Assembly (NCBI GenBank): GCA_030324005.1
Contig: JARDVH010000115.1
Coordinates: 19,494,176-19,558,175, forward strand
From: Negaprion brevirostris
Lineage: Eukaryota
Direction: 5' to 3'
Length of the DNA stretch: 64,000 nucleotides
This document shows positions 1-13,509 of the stretch, piece by piece. Within the stretch, counting starts at the first letter, position 1, and each line of letters begins with the position of its first letter. The notes beneath the pieces were generated by a model. It saw only the letters and a list, made by a program, of their open reading frames with translations, searched no databases and had not been told where the DNA came from. The translations under genes were made by a program, and so were the position numbers.

Positions 1-986
1 CTAACTGGAAGTCGCCCCCTCAGAATGGATCCCCAGGCTATTGTGACAGGTAAGCAGGATTGGTTATCCCAGTCAATAAAGCCTGCTAGGTGGCCAGCAA
101 ATGCCCAAACAGGTAAGTAAAGAACTTCATTCTGCAGGAGGAACCCAGAAAGAAGGCCTGGCATAATGAAAACAAAATACTGCAAATGCTAGAAATCTGG
201 AGTAAAAACAGAAAAGCCCAGCAGGCCTGGCAGCATCTGTGGAGAGACAAGAAGAGTTAATGTGAAGGATTCTCCAATCTCATCTGCACGCCCCGGGCTT
301 CATTCAAAACTCTATTAGATTCAGCAGTACCAGAGAATCACAACTGTGGGTGGGATCAGAGGTTTTTGGGGAATGTTTCAAATCCAAATGACTGTTCATC
401 TGAAGAACGGTCATATTAGACTCTCACCAAAACCAGAAGAACCCGCTAAAGATCAACAGGCCTGTGCTTGGCCCGTTCCCCGCCCACTTTGATTCCCATT
501 GTGCAACAGGAAAATTCCACCCATTTAACTCTCCGCAGATGCTGCCAGACCTGCTGGGATTTTCCCACATTTTCTGTTTTTGTTTAGGAAGGTTGCTTCC
601 TCAGTGTGAAGGTGTGCTGAAGTTCTCCTGTGCCCAACTTACTGTCTAACTTTCACCTGCTGGCCATCAGCCAGCTGTCTTTCTCCCGCTGTTTCAGGTG
701 CACAGTTGGTCAATGGGATGTTAAAAGGCCGAGTTGTAAAGATCGACTGGGCATCTGACACGAGAAGTCCAGTGTCTGCTCCTGACTTTCTGGCAGGGAA
801 TTAAAATCCACACTGGAGTCCTTGGCACTTGTTTGTTTATTGAAGGAGATAACTCTGTGCCTTCTGCTGTCAAAACAATTAGACAATCTCAAAGCTTACA
901 CTTAAACAAGAACTCAAACTTCTCAAAATCTACTCGGAAATTGTTTTGTGTCTGAATCTGGTGTGGAATATTTGAATGTAATCATT

Positions 987-1284
987 CACGGTAGCACAGT
1001 GGTTAGCACTGCTATTTCACAGCTCCAGAGACCCAGGTTCGATTCCTGGCTTGGGTCACTGTCTATGAGGAGTCTGCATGTTCTCCCCATGTCTGCGTAG
1101 GTTTCCACTGGGTGTTCTGGTTTCCTCACACTGTCCAAAAGAGGTGTGGTTCGGTGCATTGGCCGTGCTAAATTTTCCCTCAGTGTACCTGAGCAGGCGC
1201 CAGAGTTTAGTGACTACGGGTTTTTCTCACTAACTTCATTGCAGTGTTAATGTACGCCTACTTGTGGCATTAATAAATAAACTT
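987..1284 (+). mobile_element. HE1/V-SINE, alternative 3' tail
   Basis: tRNA-like head (gcacagtggttagcac...ggttcgattcc), V-domain core, tail ending aataaataaac. Confidence 0.85.
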
Positions 1285-2345
1285 GAAGTTATCGGAGCTA
1301 TATACGCTAGACCACAATGAATCCCAGCTGCAGCAGAGAAAGAAATACTCTGTTAAGAGAGAGTTGGTACGGCGGACTGGATGGGGAAAAGCTGCCACAA
1401 AGACAGAGGCTTGAATTATGAGATGAACTGCCTCATAAAAGGTCATCCGTGGTTCAGTATGTATGTAAAACGAGTTGTGTCTTTTGAGTTTGGCAAATGC
1501 TGCATGTAAAGAAGGTGCCTGAAGTCAAGAAAGCCGTAGATTCAACATTATTCTATGTAAGCTTGAGGGAGGTGGCGGGTGATGGAGAGATGGGTGCAGT
1601 GTGTGACTGTTCTGCAGTGTATCTGTGGGGGATTTGAGCAGCAACCATTCAACTATAATCTGGATCACAAACTCACACCACTCAAGATGTTTTTACTCAA
1701 TCAGCTATGAATCCAAAAATGATTGTAAGGTTACCCCAATTTTATGCTGGATGTTAAACACAGCCTTCAGGGCATGAGGAGGATTTTCCCAACCCTAGCC
1801 AGGGCGACTTATTATCAGAAATGTTTACTTGCAACTCAGAATCAAATGTAGAAGGTCATATTAAAAAATAGCTCCATAACTGACAGGGTAAAGGATTATG
1901 ACACAGTAATTTGGCCACAACAGGCAGAAGTGAATGGAATTCCGTTTGGGCTGTACCACAGGACAAGTGAAAGAATGATTTCACCTCCAAGAACTTGTAT
2001 TATAAATATCAGCCTTGCAGTATTTGAGATTGTGGAGGCTTTTAAAAAATAATTTTTAAAAAAATGTCTTGACTGAATTGTTGTATCAAGCTCAGGCTGC
2101 ACCATATTTATGTTTGTGTCCTAAATGAAGCTCCATAAATAATAAACCTTACTGAGGTAAAAATTGGTAGAGTATTTTTTGAAAGAGTGGCTATGTATGG
2201 ATATGTGTGTGTGAGAAAGAATGAGTGCACTACCAAAATTCTGTTGTAGTTTTTGTTTCAGCCTCGAATCATATAGCAAAGGGGGTTATTTCTTGTTATG
2301 ATGGCTCTTTGAAAGAGTTATCTAATTAGTTGCACTCTCCCATTC

Positions 2346-2677
2346 CATAGAATCCCTACAGTGCAGAAGGAGGCCATTTAGCCCAACAGATCTGGACCAA
2401 ATCTCTGATAGAACATCTTACCTGGGCCAACCCCTGCCCAATCCCCGTAAACCTGGGTATTACCATGGCTAATCCATGGGCCACTAAGGGGCAATTTAGC
2501 ATCACCAATCTGCCTAACCTGCAAATCTTTGGAGTGTAGGAGGAAACTGGAGCACCTGGAGGAAAGTCACATAGACACAGGGAGAATGTGCAAACTCCAC
2601 ACAGACAGTCACCTAAGGCTGGAACTGAACCCAGGTCCCTGGCGCTGTGAGGCAGCAGTGCTAACCAGTGTGCCACG
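2346..2677 (-). mobile_element. HE1/V-SINE
   Basis: Reverse complement of head, V domain and ...ctgtagggattctatg tail. Confidence 0.88.
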
Positions 2678-3339
2678 TGTCCCCCTACATTCTTTATCCG
2701 TAGCCCTGCAAGAGAGCACAGGATGCTGTCAGAAGTGGAAGAGGTGTCGCATCAATACACTTGAGGGCATCTTTCTNNNNNNNNNNNNNNNNNNNNNNNN
2801 NNNNNNNNNNNNNNNNNNNNNNNNNNNNNNNNNNNNNNNNNNNNNNNNNNNNNNNNNNNNNNNNNNNNNNNNNNNNNTTGTCTGAGGTAAAGGATGTTAA
2901 ATCCACTGACATCCCCCCTTTGATGAACACAAGAATGTATTAAAACAAACACTTGCCATAGTAAAGTTTGTCTGCACCTTAACGTCGTTTAGCAACGGCC
3001 CTCAGTCCCTGAATTTTCTGTTTAAATTTATAACTTTATACCCAGTGAGAAGATTATGCAACAGAGGGGAGAATGAAACAGCTGTGGTTTCAATCTATTT
3101 CTGGTATACATGTTATGTGGGGTTAGCAGAACCTTCCTCCAAATAAACATTGAGCAGAACAAAGTAATTGTCTTCCATAATTATGCCCACCACAAATACT
3201 ATTCCCTCACAACAGACTCCCATCTCTCTCCCAAGGCTGCACCAGGCTATTGGCAAACTTGGTGTCACAATAGACCCCAGGATGAGCTTCTGAGCACATA
3301 TTCATGCCATCAATAAGACCACATATTACCACCTGATTA

Positions 3340-3657
3340 CACAGTGGCACAGTGGTTAGCAGTGCTGCCCCACAGCACCAGGGACTCGGATTCAATTCCT
3401 GGCTTGAGTCACTGTCTGTGTGGAGTTTACTACTTCTCTCCCCATGTCTGTGTGGGTTTCTTCCGGGTGCTCCAGTTTCCTCCCACAGTCCAAAGACGGG
3501 CGGGTTAGGTGGACTGGCCATGCTAAATTGCCCCTTAGTGTGGGTGGATTAGCTGGAAAAAATACATGGGGTCCTGAGACTAAGGGTGGGATTGTGATCG
3601 ATGCAAACTCAATGGGCTGAATGGCCTCCTTCTGCTCTGTAGGATTCTATGATTCTA
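3340..3657 (+). mobile_element. HE1/V-SINE
   Basis: Full head, core and gattctatgattcta tail. Confidence 0.88.
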
Positions 3658-3869
3658 CAGATTATCTGCTGCTGACCGGCTCATCCTCCAGGCTTAACTA
3701 TTCCAATGCGAGAAAGTCTGAACTCCCACATTTCTTTACTCAGTCAAAGATTGTGGTTGTTGCTGACGAAGGCAACATTTACTGCCCATCCCAAATTGTC
3801 CCTCTTGAACCACTGCAGTCTTTGCAATATAGGTGCTGTAAGGGAGGTAGTTTCATCATTTTGAGCCAG

Positions 3870-4590
3870 AGACAGTGAAGGAAGAGAGAAGGTATCAATA
3901 GACTGGTCAGGTGGGCAGGAAAGTGGCAAATGGAATTAAACCCAGAGAAGTGTGAAGTGAGGTCAAACAAGGCCAAGGAATGCACAATTATTGGGAGAAT
4001 ACTAAGCGGTGTAGAGTGACCTTGGTGTGAATGCTCACACATCCCTGAAGGCAGCAGGGCAGACCGATACAACGGTTAAGAAATCATTTATAATCCTTTC
4101 TTTTATCAGCCGAGGTATAGAATAAAGATGCAGGGAGGTTATGCTGGAACCGTATAAAACGGTAGTTAGGCCATAACTCAAGTACAGTGTGTAGTTGTGG
4201 TCACATCATTACAGAAATGAGGGGGGGGGCGGTTCCAGCCCTGCCTGCCCCAGGAATCATAGTGGGCAGGGAGGGGTGGACCATGCATAGGTCTATTGAC
4301 CTCAGATAGGATTTTCCAGTTTTGGGGTGAGCACAGCTGGAAAATCCCACCCACTATCTTCATTCTACTGAGGGTACAGTGGAGATTTATGAGCATGTTG
4401 CCAGGACTGGAAAATTGTGGCTGTGGAGAAAGATTGGATAGGCTGAGGTTGTTTTCCTTAGAACAGAGGAGGCTGAGGGAAGATTTGATTGAGATGTACA
4501 AAACTGTGAGGTGTCTGAATAGAGTGAATGGGAAGGGCCTATTCAACTTGGCAGACAGGTCAATGATCAGAGGACATTAATCTAAAGCGA
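3870..4590 (+). mobile_element. CR1/HER1-like LINE 3' fragment with an internal insertion
   Basis: RT C-terminal peptide ERLDRLRLFSLEQRRLREDLIEMYK (ORF 4296..4580). Confidence 0.85.
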
Positions 4591-5360
4591 TTGATAAAAA
4601 GATAGACAACTTATCTCTTGATGCGGCTCAGTGTTAAACTTTATTTGATAACACACGAGTGAAGACCTTTGAGAAGTTTTGCTATGTTAAATGTGTTATG
4701 TAAACAGCTGTAGTTGTTGCACTAAATTTGCCTTGACAAGACAGCACTGTTTAAGGAATAAGAAGAAATACATTTCCTATCATTCTGCCACATTGTGCCA
4801 AATATATCATTTCATAATGCAAATTAACTTTGTTCGCATCATTTATCCACATTACGCCCCATTATCAATCATTGCTCCAGCTCCTGAGCCTCTCCAGATC
4901 TCTCTGACTAATGTCAACATCGAGTATTTTTCCAACCCACACAATAATGTGTCATCAGGAAAAACATAAATCCAGCCTTCGGCCTCCGCCCTAATGCCAC
5001 TTTTGTACATATAAAAGGATCAATCCTGGGGAACCTCAAAAGCTATCTCCCTCCCCCCTCCCCATTGCAACTATTTCTGATTGTAACTATTGGGAGACAT
5101 TTCTTGTTTAACTGGTATTGAATCCACTCTATTGTTGTCTGAAGTTCATGTTTTCCTCTCCTTTACTACAGGACTGGAGTATATTATTTATCAATGTTTG
5201 AAAGCCAGTTTGTATAATCTCAGCTATAATTCCTCCATCTGGGAATTTGCTTCTTCAACAAATGACTCGTAAACATTATGATATGGAGACATAAGGCTTG
5301 CATTTCAAATGTTATCTTGAAATTGTATCTCTACGTATGCCATGTTTGTGAAACCTACCT

Positions 5361-5680
5361 CTCCACTCACCTGATGAAGGAGCAGTGTTCCAAAAGCTTG
5401 TGATTCCCAATAAACCGGTTGGACTTCAATCTGGTGTTATGAGACTTCTTACTAGTAAAAGTTACGATAATGGACTCATTTTCTGTTGTCACAGTAAGAA
5501 GTCTCACAACACTAGGTTAAAGTCCAACATTGGGCCTCTGACCCTTGTGACTCACCTGACAAAGGGCCAGATCTGAAAGCTAGTGGCTTTTGCTACCAAA
5601 TAAGCCAATTGGACTTTAACCTGGTGTTGTAAGACTTCTTATTGTGTTTACCCCAGTCCAAAGCCAACATCTCCACATCA
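5361..5680. mobile_element. Penelope-like terminal-repeat cluster (forward/inverted/forward)
   Basis: ctgatgaaggagc...aaataaacc..ttggactt..cctggtgttgt unit, repeated and inverted; related copies at 9281-9463 and 59232-59325. Confidence 0.6.
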
Positions 5681-5749
5681 TTTCGTGTTGTCAAACAGAA
5701 ATATGGAATATTTATGATACATATCTGTGGCAGCAGGAAAGAGCTAAAA

Positions 5750-8700
5750 GCCCGAATCCGACTTTCTAGCTCTTGATCCATAGCCTTGTAAGTTTCGAAA
5801 TTCAAGTGCATATCGAAGTAATTGTCACATGCAATGAAGATTTCTGTCTCCACCGCCCTTTCAGGAAGTGAGTTCCAAACTTATAGCACACTCTAGGTGA
5901 AAACATTTCTCTTCAACTCCTGATTAATCCTTCTGTCTATTACTTTAAATCTATGTCCCTTGGTTATTGGACTCTCTGCTCACAGAAATCGATCCTTTCT
6001 ATCCATTCTATCTGGGCTTCTCATGATTTTATAAACCTTAGTTAGCTCGCTATCTCCTCAGTCTCCTCTGCACCAAAGAAACCAAACCCTGCTTATTCAA
6101 TATTTCCATGGAACTAACATTTTCCTTTTCTGGTAGCACCCTTTAGATCTCCTTTGTTCTCTCTCTTACTCACATTCTTTCTCTAAAGCATGGATCAAAA
6201 CTGGATGTGAAACTCTGGATGTTGCCCAACTAGTATTTTATTCAGTTCCAGTGTAATCTTCCTGTTTTTATATTCTATGCTTTAAGCTAATCATCAGGTA
6301 TGCCTTGTTAACCACCTCCCTCTACCTTCAGGTATCGGTGCTCATGCACAACTGCATCCATGTGTTCCTCCACATTCTCAGTATCCTACCATTTATCCTG
6401 TACTCTATTGCAATGTTGGCTCTGCTCAAATGCATTGCCTCATACTTCTCTGGATTTAATTCCATTTGCCATTTCTTTGCCCGCCTGACCACATCATTGA
6501 TGCTTCCGTGTTATCTACAGGTTTCATTCAGTTTTTGTACTTTCAGTAAATTTCTTAATCATGCCTTCTACATTAAAGATTAAATCATTGAATTGTTCCA
6601 CAAACAAAAAAGAAACCAAGTACTTAGCCCTGCTGAACTTCTCTAGAAACACCTCTTCAGTTTTCAAAAATACTTATAGGCCAATACCAAAGAATACTTT
6701 TGTTTCCTGCCAATGAGCTAACTTTTGATCCAGCTTGCCACTTGCCCTTGGATCTCCTAGGACTTTAGTTTTAATATTCACCACCAACGTTTGGCTAACT
6801 GGCCTGTAATTATTTGTTTTATCCCTTCCTGCCTTTTTAAACAATGATACATTATTAGTAGTTCCTCCAGCCCTTTGGCAGCATGCCTTGCAGCCAGCAA
6901 GGGTTTGAAAATGATGGCCAAAATCACTGCGTTTCCTGCCTCGCTTCTGTTAGCAAGCTGGGATATATTTAATTTGGGCCTGGTGATTTATCCACTTTCA
7001 AGCTACAACACGTTTCCCCTCTCAGTATATTTATACCAACTAATATTCCACGCTCCTCATCCAAAACTACAATGCCTTCATTTTCCCTTGTTTGTGTGAG
7101 CAGGTGAAAATATTCATTAAGAATCATTCCCACGTCTTCCAGCTCAACCCACAAGTTACCTATCGATCTACTCACCCTATACTTTCCTTAGTTATCCTCT
7201 TGCTTATTATCATAGAATTGTAGGATCCCTACAGGGCAGAAAGAAACCTTTCGGCCCATTGAGGCTACACTGACAACAATCCCACCCAAGTCCTATCCCC
7301 ATAAGTAAAGTAAAAATAAAGTTTATTTATTAGTCACAGGTAGGCTTACATCACTACAATGAAGTTACTGTGAAATTCCCCAAGTTGCTACAGTCTGGCA
7401 CCTGTTCAGGTCAATGCACCTGACCTAACTATTTACCCTAGCTAATCTCCCTGTCACTAAGGGGCAATTTAGCATGGGCAATCCACTCAACCCACACATC
7501 TTTGGACTGTGAGAGGAAACCAGAGCACCCAGAGGAAATCCACATAGACACAGGGAGAATGTGTAAACTCCACACAGACAATGAGCTGAGGCCAGAATTG
7601 AACCTGGATCTTTGACACTGTGAGGCAGTGGTTCTAACCACTGTACCACTAAAAGCAGCTTTGAATTTTGCTTGATTCTATTTGCCAATATTTTTAATGC
7701 TGGCCCAATTTCCTCTCTAATTGCAGTCCTGTGCAGACAATACTTCTCTGGGCTTTCTGTACAGTTGAGACTTTGGAATCTGACACTGGCTTCTGTTTTT
7801 TTACCTTATCCTATTCTGCTAGACTCCNNNNNNNNNNCTAGCTTTTGGAGTCCCACTCTTATTTCTTTCTAAGCATATAACTGTTAAGGATTAACGAGAT
7901 AATGTATGGTGAGGACTCAATCTCAGAAGCTTTTATTACTTGTGGGCAAGGAGAACATACACAGTGAATTTCCCCAAATACAGACACTTCGCAGTTATAG
8001 TTAATTACAAAACGAACAATGAGAAATGATCAACTTTCTCATCCTTTATTTGTATACATAGTCCACCAATCATAGCACAGCTTTTTGCCCTTTCTTATCC
8101 AATAGAAAACCATCTCCTTCATTAGTGTAATGTGTCAACATATCTTGTTTTTTGGTATTTGTCNNNNNNNNNNNNNNNNNNNNNNNNNNNNNNNNNNNNN
8201 NNNNNNNNNNNNNNNNNNNNNNNNNNNNNNNNNNNNNNNNNNNNNNNNNNNNNNNNNNNNNNNNNNNNNNNNNNNNNNNNNNNNNNNNNNNNNNNNNNNN
8301 NNNNNNNNNNNNNNNNNNNNNNNNNNNNNNNNNNNNNNNNNNNNNNNNNNNNNNNNNNNNNNNNNNNNNNNNNNNNNNNNNNNNNNNNNNNNAACCCCTC
8401 CTGCTTTGACATGGATTTATGTTTAACTAGGTGTTTTTGGTACACTGCTGCCAAATCACATATCTGTTCATCATAGAATGCTCTTTAATTAACTTAAATC
8501 TTTTTACTCTGAAGTAAAAAGCTGGCCCTTTCTATAAGTGTACTGATATTATCTGAATTATGATCACACCACAGAGACCTTCTTCTAATACCCCTCGACC
8601 CATCCAGCTTCATTTCCTAAAACCAAGGCCAGGACTGTTCCTTTCCTTGTTGCCCTAGCTGTATACTGGCAAAAAGAATCCTGAATTCATGATAAGAATT

Positions 8701-9050
8701 TTGCACCTTTTGTGTTGATTTTATTCCAGTTGATATTAAGGTGGTTGAAATTCCCTACTTTTACTGTCCTATTCTTTCTCAGCAATCCCCACCGTGGGTT
8801 TCCTGGTGGTGAAGGGTATATTCACTGGGAAACCCCACTGATAATAGCGGGGCCAGAAAATCCCCTTGCCAACAAATGGTGGGCTGCCTTTGCAGAGGGT
8901 TGTGTGGAAAGTCCTGCCCCATGTGTCTGTAATTGCAATAAAATAATTCTTCCTGGCACCTGTCCATGCTCTCAGCTTGTTCACTAGGCCCCTTGCATTA
9001 AAATATATGCCACCACTCATGGAACAATCTCTTAGTATTCTGTTTTCCAA
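5750..9050 (-). mobile_element. Decayed long CR1-like LINE (endonuclease start ~9050, RT and 3' end ~7200-5750), interrupted by SINE and gaps
   Basis: YFNARGLVNKLRAW...IAITDTW endonuclease motif; ILNEYF...LKVDKSPGP linker motif. Confidence 0.75.
7210..7650 (-). mobile_element. HE1/V-SINE with a nested alternative-tail SINE fragment (~7305-7425)
   Basis: Same consensus on minus strand; the internal segment matches the reverse complement of the tail seen at ~1200-1284. Confidence 0.8.
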
Positions 9051-9156
9051 TCTTTGTTTTCTCTGCCTCCCGTACTCACCAGGATTGTGATTGTCCTTCT
9101 TTATTCTTCAGTTCAATTCCTATGTCTTCGTTTAGTGACCCACCTACAATATCATG

Positions 9157-9612
9157 GGACAGCACGGTGGCACAGTGGTTAGCACTGCTGCCTCACAGTG
9201 TCATGGCTTTGATTCCTGGCTTCGGTCACTGTCTGTGCTGAGACTGCACATTCTCCTGTGTCTGCGTGGGTTTCCTCTATGATGTGGAGATGCCAGCATT
9301 GGACTGAGGTAAACACAGTAAGAAGTCTCACAACACCAGGTTCAAGTTGAACAGGTTTATTTGGTAGCACAAGCTTTTGGAGTGTTGCTCCTTCTTCACT
9401 CCATAAGCTTGTGCTACCAAATAAACCTGTCGGACTTTAATCTGGTGTTGTGAGATGTCTTACTGGGTTTCCTCCCACAGTCTGAAAGACATGCTGGTTA
9501 GGTGCATTGGCCATACTAAATTCTCACTCAGTGTACCTGAACAGGCGATTAGGGGATTTTCATAGTAACTTCATTGCAGTGTTAATGTAAGCCTACTTGT
9601 GACACTAATAAA
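9157..9612 (+). mobile_element. V-SINE (alternative tail) interrupted by a Penelope-like hairpin insertion at ~9281-9463
   Basis: SINE core breaks after gggtttcc and resumes at gggtttcctcccacag. Confidence 0.82.
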
Positions 9613-10238
9613 AAAAATCCTCCTCACAGGTATGATAGTTTTTTTAATCTATATTGTGACCATCCCCTGCCTTTGTATTCCCCTCTCGATCTCATCTCAA
9701 AATCCTGTAACTGTGAATTGCAATTCTTGCTTTTCTTTTATCCATGGCCGTAACTTTCTGGCCATTCATGCCAGTGGGATCTTCCGGTCTCACCAACAGC
9801 CGACCACCATCATGGGTTTACAGGTGGCGAGGAGTGGGAAACCTTCCCTGCCTCCCATATTCACTCATTAATTTCCTGCCTTCCATTTCCATCTTCGTTT
9901 CTGTGCTCAGGTACCCATACCCCTGCCAACTATTTTCAATGTTCCCCAACGCCATTAGAAAAACTTTCACGCCACAATATTCATCCTGGCGGGTTTTTTA
10001 TTGATGCTATTGATGTCAAAGGAACCTTCAAGCCAGGGCCAGCGTTTAATTGACTGATATTATGTTCAGCAGAGCATCGCAAAGATATGTCTGGTTGAAG
10101 GTCATTCACCCATCAGGCCCAATTTCTCACAGAGACCGATAATTTCAACTTCAAAGCACCGAACTGTCTTTAGAATGACTTGGGGGGTTTTTATGTGCAC
10201 TTTCAGTACAATGTATTTATTTCGTCACTTTTAATTAC

Positions 10239-10363
10239 CTTCTGAATAGTTTCAGCAAATTGGTCCAAGTTCCTTGGTTTTCTTATTCGACCCAGTTTCT
10301 GGGATTTGAGTTCACACAACACATCATATATTATGATTTCACCAACCCCCCCGCCTGTCAGCA
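10239..10363 (-). CDS. Exon-like open segment (LTGGGVGEIIIYDVLCELKSQKLGRIRKPRNLDQFAETIQK)
   Basis: cacatttcag acceptor, AAG|gtaatt donor; open frame. Confidence 0.45.
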
Positions 10364-10504
10364 CTGAAATGTGAGCACCGAATTTAGTTACCGTGAACTT
10401 TTATCTATCGTCAATGGAAAAATAATCAGCTTTCAGCTGCATTTTTAATTGCTTTCTCGATTTCGATCTCACTTCACTACACATGCCCTCGATGCTCCAG
10501 TCAC

Positions 10505-10697
10505 CCTAACTGCAGCATAAGCAAGGATTCTGCAAACTGCCTTGGTGATGAATCTTTCCAAGAGATTTCCTGGAATCTGTACATTAGAAATAGATGTTTT
10601 ACAAGTTAATAATTTATAGATATTTGCAGAGGGTACAATAGTTTTCAGGTCTTCCAGTGTGTAAGAATATACTAATGGCTTACCAGAAACAAAATTC
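10505..10697 (-). CDS. Exon-like open segment of second locus (NFVSGKPLVYSYTLEDLKTIVPSANIYKLLTCKTSISNVQIPGNLLERFITKAVCRILAYAAVR)
   Basis: Within ORF 10469..10711; cttgcactag acceptor, gtgact donor; LLTCK..SN motif recalls fish mesothelin-like repeats. Confidence 0.45.
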
Positions 10698-11564
10698 CTA
10701 GTGCAAGACACTAAAGTGTTAACACATTAAACTAACTTTCTGTTCCGACTCTTATTAGACTGTTGTTTAATGTCAGTCAACTGCTAATAAGTTTAGATGT
10801 GGATAATCGAATTACTAGCACAGACAATGGATAAACTAGCCAAGAGAAAGGCCTTATCAACTCAAAGCATATAACCCCAGTAGACTTACATTATCTTTAG
10901 TGTGAGGCTTATAGAAGAAAAATTGAATTTCATATAACTAAATTTATCATTATGTATGACTAAGAGAATAATTTTTTTGTTTATTTCTTGTTATATTCAG
11001 CTTGGCGTAGCAATTAAGAGATATTTTGAGACAAATTCAACTCTGTAACAGGCTGCTGTAACCATTATTGTAATTCTTTAATAGGATCAGAATTTATACT
11101 TGGTAGAAATAAGACTGGAAGTGTATGTTGCATCATGCATCATTCTGCTTCCAGAAAGTTTAAATGAACAAATGCTTTTTAAAATATATATCTATTTAAA
11201 AAGATGTACACCAGTTACATCTTGGTAAGTTATATGCTTTGTTCAGTATTTACAGCAACAAAAGACTGATGCCATGGGCGAAATCTTATCAGTCTTGTTG
11301 ATGGAACTTGGATGAGAGGAGGAATGGGAAGTTGTAGGGTTGGTGTTTCATCAGCTCTAGCCTCTGTTTGACCTTGCCGAGGTGGGATGGAAGTGGCAAC
11401 AACCAGCCACCCGACAGTGGCAGCTGGCTGGGTTGGCCCGCAAGGCCAATGTTAACACATCATCAGAGTCTTCATCATAACAGGCCAGAGCTGCAAATGC
11501 AGACCATTCTGTGGAGGGGCGGCCTGGCAGTGATGATCACAGTTTGTGTTTGTTTAACGTTTTA

Positions 11565-11905
11565 GGTATGAGGAGAGGTAGGATAAACTCGGATTGTTTT
11601 CACTGGGAAGACAGAGGCTGAGGGACGACCTGATAGAAGTCTACAAAATTATGAGAGGCATAGATAGGGTGGATAATCAGAGGCTTTTTCTCAGCGTGGA
11701 AGAGTCGAATACGAGAGGGCACAGGTTTATGGTGATAGGTAGTAAGTGAAGGGGAGACGTGCAGGGAAAGTTTATCACGCAGAGGATGGTGGGTGCCTGG
11801 AATGCACTACCAGTGGAGGAAATGGAAACAGGCACTTCAGCAACGTTTAAGGTATATCTTGATAGATATATGAATGGGAGGCAAACAGAGGGATAGAAAC
11901 CATGT
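11565..11905 (+). mobile_element. CR1-like LINE 3' fragment
   Basis: LGLFSL..RLRDDLIEVYKIMRGIDRV motif. Confidence 0.85.
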
Positions 11906-13509
11906 AACAATATGCTATATTGTTCTTTGTTAAATTGTAAACCTTTTCAGAGAGCGCATTAAGATTGCCTTGTCCTTGTGGTGCCCCTCCCACAGCAGCA
12001 TTGCCCACTTCTGCCGTTAGGACTGCAGTCCTTGCAAGGTTGCTGGTCCTGTGATTAGGTCTGCAGCCTCAGGAAACCTCCCCCGCTCCCAGCTTCTCAA
12101 ACTGGGCACCTGGGGCAAAGGTGGCCAGTTAGGAGGCAGCCCCTTAAAAGAACAGGGTGCAAATGTGAGGCTGGGATCTTGAAATGGTTCCATCCTGCCA
12201 TCATTCCTAAGGGGGAGGTAAGATCCCGTTCAATGATTCTGCCAAGGTAGTTGTGCACATTGGTATAANNNNNNNNNNTTCATTGTCAGCATGGCTACGA
12301 GAGGGACAGCATTGAAGATCGGCTACTGTAGTTTTCCTGTGGAGTTGCTTGATTGGGTCACTGTTCTATTCTTGGAGCTGATGTACTCCTACATTCCCTC
12401 TTGTGACAGCCTGCCTCACTTTAGAAAATGCTGCATCATCAGGGATTCCTGTCCAAAGTTCCCCATTTCCATAGAATCTATCACGGTGATGGGCTGTACA
12501 TCCTTTTCAATACAGTATGCTCTTTCTAAGGGGTTGCTGAAATCTTTTGTTGAAGTTTTGTGTTCATCAAACTTGGGACATTAGCAAGAGGAGTGGGACA
12601 ACTTGTCAGAGATTTCTAGGTTATCTGTAGTCATGGTTGGTGTGCACACACTGTCACTAACAATGTGCCTTTACCTCAACCTTAAGAGCTTGTTAGTAGA
12701 CTTGAGAAAGATTTACTGTTTCTGTTCAAACTGATATCATAACAGATAGATAGATAGGTTCTTGATCAATAAGCAGTTCAAGGGTTATGGGGAGAAGACA
12801 GGAGAGTGTGGATGAAAATCATATTAGCCATGATTGAATGGCGGAGCAGTTGTTGGGACATCCAGCTTCATACCTGACATCATACCGGCAATCATGCAGT
12901 GTACATAGTTGTTCCTTTTGAAATCTGCTACTCTTGCATCTGTTCTGATAAGTATAAGGTGAAAAACATCAACAGCAAGTCTCATTTTCCAGTAATACTC
13001 AACTATTGGACCACTAAGAGACAATCAAAATTAAAACAAATTAAAAGAAACACGAGTACATCAACAATGTCTACTTATATTGATACAGCTCTTCTTTGCT
13101 TGAAAATATGTCTCAAACATGTTTCTTATAAGGAGGGATGGAGATAAGTGATTGGGTAATGAAGGACTTGGTGGGAGCAGGGTGGGAAATGGAGACTATG
13201 GTAGAGGAAATACATTTTAGCACTCACCTGAGGAACATATAATTGCCAGAACCTTCTGGCTGCACCCCTGTCACAGGGTTCCCAGTGGTGCAGGGTGAAT
13301 CAGTCCCACTGACTGCAGCGGGACCAGAAGATCCCACTTGCCAGCCAATGATGCACCGCCTCCCATGGCAAGAAACACGCCACAGGGAGGCCAGAAAATC
13401 CCTCCTAATAATTATGTTGAATATGGGAATATATGAATTTTATGTTCAATAACATGAGGACCAATTCCTCATATCCGATATCCAATAGATAGTAATATTT
13501 GAAACTTAC

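Noticed and set aside
987-1060. tRNA-like A/B boxes at SINE heads
   Set aside because: They are SINE promoters followed by the V domain, not tRNA genes
5172-5268. Plus-strand exon-like segment GLEYIIYQCLKASLYNLSYNSSIWEF
   Set aside because: Isolated, opposite to the neighbouring locus, with no partner exons found
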